NCBI RefSeq assembly: GCF_044704955.1
Contig: NC_091995.1
Span: forward strand, 17,608,001 to 17,672,000
From: Pristiophorus japonicus
Lineage: Eukaryota
Direction of reading: 5' to 3'
Length of the DNA stretch: 64,000 bases
Each line of letters starts with the position of its first letter. The first letter of the stretch is position 1. A program made the translations under genes and the position numbers. This document shows, piece after piece, positions 53,557 through 64,000 of the stretch. The notes beneath the pieces are model-generated. The model did no database searches. It was not told the DNA's origin and worked only from the letters and a program-made list of their open reading frames with translations.

Positions 53557-55891
53557 CCTCAGCCAGCAGAAACATCCTCCCTGCATCTACTCTATCAAGC
53601 TCTGTAATATCACCTCTCAATCTTCTAAACTCTAGAGAATATAGGCCTAGTCTACTCAATCTCTCTTGATAGGACAATCCCCCATCTCAGGAATCAGTCT
53701 GGTGAACCTTGGTTGCACATCCTCAATAGCAACTATATCATTCCTTAGGTAAGGAGACAAAAACTGTACACAATGCTCCAGATGTGGTCTCACCAAGGCC
53801 TTATATAAATGCAGTAAGTCGTCTTTAGTCTTATACTCAATTCATGTACTAAAGGCCAACATATCGTTTGCTTTCTTAATTGCTTGCTATATCTGCATGT
53901 TAATCGGCTTTCTGCGCTGCCCTCAGGTCTCGCTAACGCTAGCGAGGGTCGGAATTGTAAATCTGGAATTATACACCTCGCCCGATGCATTCTTTTATTT
54001 GTGTGTCATTCTAACTTCAGGGTGATAAACCGGCGAGGTCAGATCAGCTTCCTGAAGTTAAAATCGGGCCCAGGTGTAGAACGGGCGTCTGATCCAATGT
54101 CGCCCGTCGCACAAAGTAAAAATCACTTCCAGAAAGCGAGAGCAAGTTTAATCTTATTAGTCTGAACAGATTGCAAATCACATAGGTGCTAAACTCCCCA
54201 GCGATCTTCTCACTATTTACCATTCGCGACTGGAGAATGTGCAAATTTAAAACAGAGTATCAGTACTCAAAATAAGTAAACAGGATGAATGGCCTCAGCT
54301 TGCTATATTTAGCGGCATTACAAATTGGATGAAACATTTCCCTACTTTGCGAGTATCTTGTAAAACCGCCAATATCTCTTTAAAAAGAGTTTATATAATT
54401 TTGCCACAATTACTGATCAGAAAAAATACTCGATGCATTCGCGATCTCGTTACACGCAGCAAGCAGCCTAACTCTTGCCCTTTGCTAATAACTAGAGATT
54501 GATTGTATTCTGTTACACTACTAATGTGAATTGAATTTTAAAAAGTCATGGCCTCTGGGCAACAGGTGTTTATTTGAACACAACCAGCACTGCCTGACTC
54601 GCTCCAATGATTGCTGTGGATAGAGAGCAGTTGCATTTTAATTGTCAGTGTAATATTATAGAATCATTGAATAGTAAAGCACAAAAGGAGGTCATTCGGC
54701 CCCTCGAGCCTAATTCACCATTCTATAAGATAATGGCTGATCATCGACCTCAACTCCATTTTATCAGCCTTGGATATATTCAGAGCCTCAGCCTCCACAG
54801 CTCTCTAGGGCAGAGAATTCCAAACATTCACGACGCTCTGAGTGAACGAATTCCTCCTCATCTCCATCTTAAATCGGCGACCCCTTAACTAAAACTTTTC
54901 AGCCTAGTTCTAGATCCACCCCCCCCCCACCCAAGTGAGTTAGTCCCACTGCTTTCCCCCATATATCTGCAATATTTTCTTTCAAGTATTTGCCCTTATT
55001 CGCTTTTCAAGGCTGCTAATGAATCTGTATCCACCACCCTATCAGGCAGAGCACTGTGGCAATATGTAGTTCAGGGAGCAACATACATTGTACTCTCCTG
55101 GGCCAGGCACAATAAACCTAGTTACCCGAGAGCTGATAAGTTCCTCACGTTTCGCCTGTAATCTGCCTCTATCTCTTTGAGTGTCATTTTCTCTCTCACA
55201 CCTACTTAAGAACAAGTACGAATGGAACCCATTTCTCTCTGTTTTTTATGCATAATATTCTCCTCAACTCTCTTTTCCCATTCCTCACCATCAATTCTGG
55301 ATTTAACTTGTCTTCTCTCCCCCTATTCCCAGCCTTGGCGCTGTCCTGCGCCATGGCCCATTGGCCCTTCACCTAAATGCCTCAATTCAAAAATAAACAA
55401 CTTCCAAAGCATTAGCTTCTCAATGGTGATTCCCCCTTAACTGCGAGATTGATTACATTACCGGGACATGATTCATTGCCACGGCTCGAGAGTTTAATCT
55501 GGCAAGTCTCGTGTCTATGAAAATGTCCGCAAGAAACTGCTGTATTTTTTTAATTGCAGGCGAGCTGATCATGAATGTAAAATTGGGTGAATCTATAATC
55601 TGGTATTGAGAACCGCAAATAGTTGATAGCAGAATAACCTTGGACCAGGTTCACAGATGAGCTAGTGTACACATTCATAAGAAAGAACGCGAGGACATCG
55701 CTATGGGTAATTAATAACGAATTAAGTCATTAAAGTCATTATGAAATCAATAGAAATGATAATCAGTCCCTGTCAATAACGGGCGGCCACACCAAAGCGC
55801 CCGTTTTACTCTCAAGCGGCAAGCTGACAATCTCCCCTGAACATTTATATGGATCTGATGTGTCAGAAATTGATATTAAAATGCTGCTTAC

Positions 55892-55934
55892 CGGAGAACA
55901 TTGTGATTGCCCAGGTAACTGCAGCCCAATTCAT
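55892..55934 (-). CDS. Gene D exon 1: leader exon MNWAAVTWAITMFS
   Basis: agaATG at 55934, 14 codons +1 nt, donor G|gtaagc, phase 1. Same length as, and alignable with, the gene A leader. Confidence 0.8.
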
Positions 55935-56264
55935 TCTCCCTGTAGGCGATGGAATAATTTCAAAAAAGAAATTCAGTTATTGCACAGAGAAAAATATTTG
56001 AGTAATGCACAGTGGGAGAGTGAAACCGAATTAATGTTCGGATGTGAGGTAATGGAAATAAAAATGAACTGCATTACTGCACGTACGACCGCAGTTATCT
56101 CTCGCACAATTGTTCTCACTCTCTCGCACACGCACGCGCTTTCAAGGACAATTTGCAGCAGACACACACAGGTGGGGTAGAGTCTTGGCTGCCCCTGTTC
56201 CTTGGATATGTAATTGGTTACGGGATAAGAGGCAGAGAGACATTTTTGTCACAGGAAAAAAGAA

Positions 56265-56697
56265 ATACTTACATTTATATACCATTCATTACAACCGGAC
56301 GTCTCAAAGCATTTTACAGCCATTTACGTACTTTTGAAGTGTAGTCACTGTTGCAATGTCGGAAACGCGGCAGCCAATTTGTACACGCCAAGCTCCCACA
56401 AACAGCAATGTGATAATGACCAGATAACCTGCTTTTTTTTTATGTTGATTGAGGATACATATTGGACAGCTAACCGGGGATATCTCCGCTGCTCTTCGAA
56501 ATAGTACCATGGGAAGTTTTATCTCCACCTGAAAGAACAGGCGGGGCCGAGTTTAACGTCTCATCCGAAGAAAGGCACCTCCGACATTTAAGCACGGCAC
56601 TGGAAATTCAGCCTTGATTAATGTGCTCAAGTCCCTGATTTGAACCAACAATCATCTGACTCAGAGGCAAGCATGCTACACACTGAGCCACAGCTGA
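56265..56697 (-). mobile_element. Deu-domain tRNA SINE
   Basis: Reverse complement of head (cagctgtggctcagtg), core and tail. Confidence 0.8.
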
Positions 56698-58451
56698 CTT
56701 TAGGAGGATATAGACGGACTGGTGAAATGGCAGACACAAGGCAGATACAATGTCATGCGGTGTGAAGTGAAGCACTTTGGGAGCAGCAACATGGAGAGAC
56801 AGTTTAACCTAAATTGTACTATTTTGAGGGGGTGCAAGAAAAGAGGGACCTGTGGGTGCATATTCACAAGTAATTTAACTTCCAATTTACAAGCCACCTG
56901 ACTTGGAAATATATCGGTGGTCCTTCGTCGTCGTTGGATCAAGACCCTGGAACTCCCTCCCGAACAGCACTGTGGGAGTACCTTCACCACACGAACTGCA
57001 GCAGTTCAAGAACGTGGCTCGCCACCAGCTTCTCAAGGGCAAGTAGGGCTGGGCAATAAATGTTGGCCTTTGCAGCGATGCCTACATCCTGGAACGAATG
57101 AAAATAAATTTGAAGGTTTCAGGACAAGGTGACAAGGCAGTTAAGAGAACTTATAGGATAATTAGCTTATTAATATGGGCATTGAATACGAAAACATGGA
57201 AGACAGTCCAAGCCTTTACTAATCACTGGTTTGGCTTCTGCTGCAGAATTGTGCACAATTCTGGCCAGCACACTTTAGGAACGATGGCAAGGCATTGAAG
57301 AGGGTACAGTGGAGGTTTAGCAGGATGATACTAGGGAGGAGGCAGTTCAGTTATGTGTCGAGATTGGAGAAGCTGTGATTGTTCTCCTTCGAGCAGAAAA
57401 GGTTAAGGGGAGACCTGATAGAGTCGTTCAAAATAAGGAGTTTTGATAGAGTAAGTAGGGAGAAACTATATCCTCTGGCAAATGGATCGGTAAATGGAGG
57501 TCATAGATTTAAAATAACTGGTAAACAAACTAGAGAGGAAATTAGAAGAAATTTCTTCACAAAGAATATTAGCAAGATCTGGAATGCAATATCTGAAAGG
57601 GCTGTGGAATCAGATGGCAATTGGAAATGTATTTGGTTATTTGCAGGGTTATTGGGAGAAAGCCAGGGAATGCGACTAATTGGACAGCTCTTTCAATGTA
57701 CCAACACAGGCATGACTGGCCGCACTGCGTCCTTCTGTTCTGCAAGATTCTACGGCCTGGGCCTTAAACATACACCGGACAGAGCGAAGGTAGGAAATCT
57801 GGCTGGGAAGATCCCAGACTCCTTCCAGCAGCAAACAGACTTTCCTTCCTGCACTCTGCTCAGGCGATGTTCAGCGATCAGGTTCGGATTTTTTATTCGC
57901 TTTCGGCATGTGGGCGTCGCTGGCTGGCATTTATTGCCCATCCTTAATTTCCCTTGGAAAGGTGGTGGTGAGCCACCATGTTGAATGGTTACAGTCCATG
58001 TGGTGAAGGTACTCCCTCAGTGCAGTTAGGGAGGGAGTTGCAGGATTTTGATCCAGCGGCGATGAAGGAATGGCGATAAATTTCCAAGTCAGGATTGTGT
58101 GTGACTTGGAGGGGCACTTGGAGCTTGTCCTTCTAGGTGGCAAATGTCGCGAGTTTGGGATGTACTGCCGAAGAAGCCTTGGTGAGTTGCTGCAGTGCAT
58201 CTTGTACATGGTAAACACGGCAGCCGTGGTGCAGGGAGTGAATGTTTAAAGGGGTGGAGAGGGTATCAATCGAGTGGACTGCTTTGTCCTGGATTGTGTC
58301 GAGCTTCTTGATTGTTGTTGCAACTGCACTCATCCAGGCAAGTAGAGACTATTTCATCACATTCTAACCCATTCTCTCCCCCACACATACATGCGGTCGT
58401 TCATGGACAGACTGCAATCTCTTGCACGAATGGTCAGAATCCCACTTTTAG

Positions 58452-59104
58452 CTATGCATAGAGATTCTCAACGTGTCTATGTTCCATATTGGTCTGTCCT
58501 AGCAAACTGGGTAATAGGTTGTAAAAGAAATAAGTTATAATTTCGTTCAGGAACCCATTCATCCTGTAACTACACATGGGTATAAGATGAATTATTGCAC
58601 CTGTATCTATGCTTCCTTTCGCACCTTTAAAAACAGATAAGGATTATTTAAGATATATACATTTTCACTTATACCCAAACGATGAAACAACTATTCTCAT
58701 TGTTTGACCAAATCAACCATCATATCCCACGTGGGCGAGTTATAAATAGCACCGCTATTAAACCAGGTACATTCGACTTTGTTAAAATTAACAGAATGGC
58801 AGTGAGAAAAACAAATCAAAAATGGGTTGACAATTTCAAACATGGATGATTTATGGCTCTTGCAACTAACAGCAACTCAAGGTGAGTTTTACAAGGTAAA
58901 AGGCCCAATGCAGAACATCTGAAATAACAAAATAAAGTGGTGTTGTAAATAGGCAGTTGTTCAACCAGTACCTGATGAGTAAAGATGGGGTAACATTCCA
59001 GCTGAGGGACATTTCTGATATATCTATTACAGAACCATTCTGATAGAATGCCCCATTGCAGACGTAAACCAGTCTCACTCTTTCCAAAGTTTGAATAGTC
59101 CGCT
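58452..59104 (-). other. Candidate 3' cytoplasmic exons of a further receptor gene upstream of gene D
   Basis: AG..GT-bounded segments 59079-59104 (ADYSNFGK) and 58731-58776 (…GAIYNSP), and a terminal 58452-58498 (GQTNMEHRHVENLYA*). Further candidates lie at 63129-63174 and 63438-63476. Some donors are weak and the joining frame is ambiguous. Confidence 0.4.
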
Positions 59105-59129
59105 CTTTGCACAGAATAAACAGGGAGAA

Positions 59130-61215
59130 AGCCTTTTAGGTTACGGCCCTTCAAGTGCATATCCATGTACTTTTTAAATGTGATGAGTGTTTATGCCTCT
59201 ACCACCCTTCCAGGCAATGAGTTCTGGACCCCCACCAGCCTCTGGGTGAAAACATTTCCCTTCAAATCCTCTGTACTCCTCCGATCGATTACTTTAAGTC
59301 TATGATCCTTGATTGTTGACCTCTCTCTTAAGGGAAGGATGTCCATTCTCTCCAGTCTATCCAGGTCCCTCACAATTTTATACACATAATTATGTCACCC
59401 CTCCACCTTCTCTGTTCCAAAGAAGACAAACTCCAGCCTATCCAATCTTTCCTGAGAGGTAAAATTCTCCAGTCCAGGCAACATCCTCGTAAATCTCCAT
59501 TGTACCCTCTCTAATGCAAATGCATCCTTCCTGTAATGTGGTGAGCAGAACTGCAAGCAATATTCTAGCTGAGTCCTAACTGGCATTTTATACAGTTCAA
59601 ACCTAACCTCTCCGCTCTTATATTCTATTCTTCGGCTAATGAAGACAAGTACCTCGTATGCTTTCTTAACCAACTTATCTACTGGTTCTGCTAAATTCTG
59701 CTATGTGGGACCTTATCAATAGCCTTTCTAAAACCCATATACCCTATGCAAAATGCACTACCCACATCGGCCCTCCTATTGCCTCCTCAAAAAACTTTGA
59801 TCAAGTTAGTCAGACACGACCTACCCTTAACAAATGCATACAGATGACCCTTGATTAAACCATATCTTTCTAAATGAAGATTTATCCTGTCCCTCCGAAT
59901 TTTTCCAATAATTTTCGCACCAGCGAGGTTAGGCTGATTGCTGACCTGTAATTAGTCGCTCTATCGCTTGCTCCCTTTTAAAATAACAATATTATGTTAG
60001 CAGTCCTCCCTTCCACCGACACCACACCTGGAGCCTGAGAGGACTGGAAAATGATGGTCAGAGTTTCTGCTCTTTCCTCCCTTGCTTCTCGTAACAACCT
60101 GGGATACATTTCATCCGGGCCTGAGGATTTATCCACTTTCAAAGATGCTAAACCCCTTAATACTTCCTTTTTCGCTTTGTTTATTTCAACTAATATTTCA
60201 CACTCCACCTCCCTCATTGCAATTTGCGCATCACGCTCTCTTTTGTGAAATTTGATGCAAAATATTCATCAAGAACCATACCTACGCCTTTTGCATCAAC
60301 ACACAGATTACCTTTATGGACGCTAATAGGCCCTAATCTTTCTTTAGTTATCCTCTTGCTATTAATGTATTTATAAAACATGTTTGGGCATTGCTTGACT
60401 TTGCATGTCAATATTTTTCCTGCTCTCTCTTCGCTTTCCTAATTTCCTGTTTAATTGCACCTCTGCACTTTCTATACTCCTGTAGAGCTGCTGCAGTAAT
60501 TGAACCCGCGGTCAAAATGCACTACCCTCATTGGCCCTCCTATTGCCGCCTCAAAAAACTTTGTATGCATTTGTTAAGGGGAGGTCGTGTCATAATCCGC
60601 CCTTTAAAAAAAAAACGCATCCTATATACCATTTGACATCCACGTTGATCTAGATTTGTTCACCCGCGTATTTCTTTAAGGGAACATACTTGATCTGAAC
60701 CCCCACGATCAGCCATGATCATATTGAATGGTGGTGCAGCCTTGAAGGTCCGAATGGCCTACTCCTACACTTAATTACTATATTTCTATGTTTCTCTGTT
60801 TCCTCCTTGAATGCCTCCCATTGCTCTGTCACTGATTTACCTTCAAGAAGCTGGTTTAAATCCACTTTGGCTAAATCATATCTCAGCTAAGTAAAAATTG
60901 CTTTTCCCCAACTGAGAAATTTTATTCCTGGTCTATCTTTGTCATTTTCCAATTAGTACCCTAAATCTAACTGAATTATAATCACTACCACCGACATTGT
61001 CTCCAACTGATACTTCTTCCACCTGCCTGGATTCATTCCCTAAAACTATGTCCAGAACCGCCCCCTCTTGTACTGGGCTTGCTATGTACTGGCTAAAAAT
61101 GTTCCTCTGAATGCATTTCAGGAATTCTGTACGCTGTATATCCTTCTCACCAATAGTATCGCAGTTACAATTAGGGTGGTTCAAATCTCCTACTATTACT
61201 GTCCTATAGTTTATG
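59130..61215 (-). mobile_element. Fragmented CR1 LINE
   Basis: ORFs 59395..59673, 59978..60217 (KSSGPDEMYPRLLRE) and 60942..61184 (VLDIVLGNE…SDYN). Confidence 0.9.
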
Positions 61216-61949
61216 CTCCACTCGAGCCTCCTCCCGTCTTAACTCATCTAAATATATCAGCATAAGCTTCGACTCCCTCATGACTCATATACTGGTCGAG
61301 CACCCCCCCCCCCCCCTTAAATGCATCTATCCTATTCACTTCAACCACTCGCCGTGGTAGAGTGTGCTACATTCTCACCACACTCAAGGTAAAGAATTTT
61401 CGTCTGAGTTCCCTAATTGATTTCTTGTTGACCATTTATATTGATGGCCTCTTGTTATGCTCTTCCCCACAAGTGGAAACACTCGAAAGAAACTTTTCAT
61501 AATTTTAAAGACCACTAGTAGATTGCCCCTCAGCCTTCTTTATCGAGGGAAAAGAGACCCAGCCTGTTCATTTTTTCCCGATTATATATACCCGCGCATT
61601 TCTGGTATTATTCTTGTAAACCTTCGCTGCACCCTCTACAATGTCTCTATATACTTTTAATAACAAGGCAATCAGAACTGTACACAATACTCCACGTGTG
61701 GTCTAACCAAGGTTCCTTACAGGTTTAGCATAACTTCCCTACTTTTCAATTCTTTCCCCTCTAGAAATAAATTTGGTTTGCTTTTTTTTATGTTGAGGGG
61801 AACTTTTTCACCCAGAGAATGGTGGAGAACTGGAACTCACTGCCTGAAAGGCTGATAGAGCACATTCCCTTATCAGATTTCAAAAGTACTTCTATATGCA
61901 CTTGAAGTGCTGTTATCTGCAAGGCTGCGGAGCAAGAGGTAGATCCCAT

Positions 61950-63062
61950 GGGCTTTCCTGAAAGTAACAGCCCACAGGATCCAGGGCAAAATGGCAAGTT
62001 ATATCCAAAATTGGTTGAGAGGCAGGAAACAAAGGGTAAAGGTCGCTTGTTGTTTTCTTGAATGGAAGGCTGTTTCCATTGGGGTTCCGCAGGGCTCAGT
62101 ACTAGGTCCGTTGCCTTTTGTGGTATATGTCAATGATTTAGACTTGAATGCCATGTAAGAAGTTTGCAGATTATACAAAAATTGGCCGTGTGATTGATAA
62201 TGAAGAAGAAAGCTGTAGACTGCAGGAAGATATCAATGATCTGGTCAGATGGGTAGAATAGTGGCAAATGGAATACAATCAAGAGAGGTGTGATGTAATA
62301 CATTTGGGGAGGGCTAACAACGCACGGTAATACAGAATAAATGGTAAGACACTGAGAAGTGAAGAGGAGAAAGGGTCCTTGGAGCGCATGTGCACAAATC
62401 CCTGAAGGTAGCAGGACAGGTACATAAGGTGGTTAAGAAGGCATACGGAATACTTGCCTTTATTAGCTGAGGCATAGAATACAAGATCACAGAGGTTATA
62501 CTTGAAATGTATAAAACACTAGTTAGGCCACAGCTAGAGTACTTTGTGCTGTTCTCGTCAGCATGTTACAGGAAAGATGTGATTGCACTAGGTCCAGAGC
62601 ATATTTACGTGGATGTTGCCTGGAGTGGAGAAATTTAGCTATGATGAAAGATTGAATAAGCAGGGTTTGTTTTCTTTGGAATGTAGAACGCTGAGGGGAT
62701 ACCTTATTGTGGTGCATAACATTATGAGGGGTCTAGATAGAGTGGATAGGAAGTGCCTATTTTACTTTGCAGGGAGGACAACACGTAGGCGGCATAGATA
62801 TATAGTAATTGGTAGGAGGTTTAGAGCGGATTTGATGGAAAGTTTTGCACCCAGAAGTTTGTGGAGTCTGGCACTCACTGCCTGAAAGGGTGGTAGAGGC
62901 AGAAACCCTCATCACATTTAAGAAGTACTTGGATATGGATATGAAGTGCACTACAAGGCTACGGACCAAGAGCTGGAAAGTGGAAATAGGCTGGATAGAT
63001 CATTTTTGGCCAGCAAAGACACGAAGGCCCATTGATCTCTTTCATTTCCTAAATTTCTATGA
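61950..63062 (+). mobile_element. CR1 LINE RT 3' fragment
   Basis: GVPQGSVLGP…KFAD…WQMEYN…RPQLEY; ORF 62613..62885. Confidence 0.88.
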
Positions 63063-64000
63063 TTCGAAAAGAATGGAATACCCGCTCTTGGTGATCAAAC
63101 CTCCTTGCATTCTATTTTATTGAAGTACTTGATGTGTTTCCAATTGAACAATTTAACATCTTCCTTAATATGACCTGTAAATTATTGAACGTGAATCGAT
63201 AAGTTTGCTTTTGTTTTAATGTTTATTTGCACAATGTAAATTTAAGGTCCAGGCGTAACGTCTGAATTTTAGTCAGTTGCTGTGGATTTTCGACCGTTTA
63301 AGTCCTTCCTTGTCAAGACACTGACTTGAAAGGAGGATGCCGACACAAGTTGATGAATGGCCCTCGTAGCTTAAATTACGTGAGTGCAAGTAAGAAACAA
63401 CACCTTTGTGACCGAGCAGCTTTCTGACCTCCAACACCTGGGACTCCAGTTTTAGATGTTGAAGGCTGCTCGTTGTCTTTAACACACGACAATTGACTCA
63501 AGTACTTTTGCAGAATCTCATCCGGCTGAAGTTATGGGGCTACGTGCAGATTAGCACACCAGACATAAACTTTAGTAACTTGCAGATGAGCCACATTCTG
63601 CACAGAAAACACATCAATGAAGAAATATAAAAAACATGCAAGCTAATTCCCTCTTCAAAAAAATAACTTGATTTTGGTCATTTCGATTAGAGTGATCCAG
63701 GAAATTTTAGGGTGGCATGAAAAGTCTCAGGAAGCTAGTTACATAATTGACCCCCGGCCATCCTGCTGAAGTAATTATTCATGGTTTGTTTGTTGTTCCA
63801 CAGCTGGTGGGTCTCAGCTGCTCCGCAAGTGGCCATCTTCATCTCTGAGCCGGGACAATGATTGATGGGGTGCATTTCAACTAAGGCTAAGGACTCACCC
63901 CCCCCCAACCCCGTCACCCCCCGCCATCCCTGCCGAATGTTATGTACCTAACAATGGCAGCATATGAAAGGTTGGGCCTAGTGTTTAATTCTTACTCAAA

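Noticed and set aside
57379-57984. 201-aa ORF
   Set aside because: A CR1 C-terminal fragment reading through into UTR and other repeats.

Overview
Vertebrate genomic DNA, most likely from a cartilaginous fish (abundant CR1-type LINEs with (AGAAACAT)n-type tails, Deu-domain tRNA SINEs, L2, Tx1 and Harbinger relics). About half the window is transposon debris. Between the repeats lies a cluster of multi-exon genes, each with a single germline-joined VJ-type Ig domain resembling NKp30/NCR3. The ORF track shows only the V exons; I rebuilt the other exons by hand from GT/AG sites and exon phase. Gene A (- strand): leader 3574-3616 and V 805-1140; its 3' exons were not found and probably lie left of the window. 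Gene B (+ strand): leader 18986-19043, V 26872-27210, stalk/TM 29363-29484. It gives a 172-aa activating-type receptor with a stalk Cys, a TM Lys and almost no tail, and it contains a dead duplicate V exon at 20952-21279. Gene D (- strand): 7 exons at 42853-55934, giving a 244-aa inhibitory-type receptor with an uncharged TM and two canonical ITIMs (LQYATL, VLYVSV). B and D are convergent and look like an activating/inhibitory receptor pair. Two further runs of candidate micro-exons with Tyr motifs (5.8-7.3 kb; 58.4-63.5 kb) may be the tails of more receptor genes. Repeat boundaries are approximate and no database search was run.
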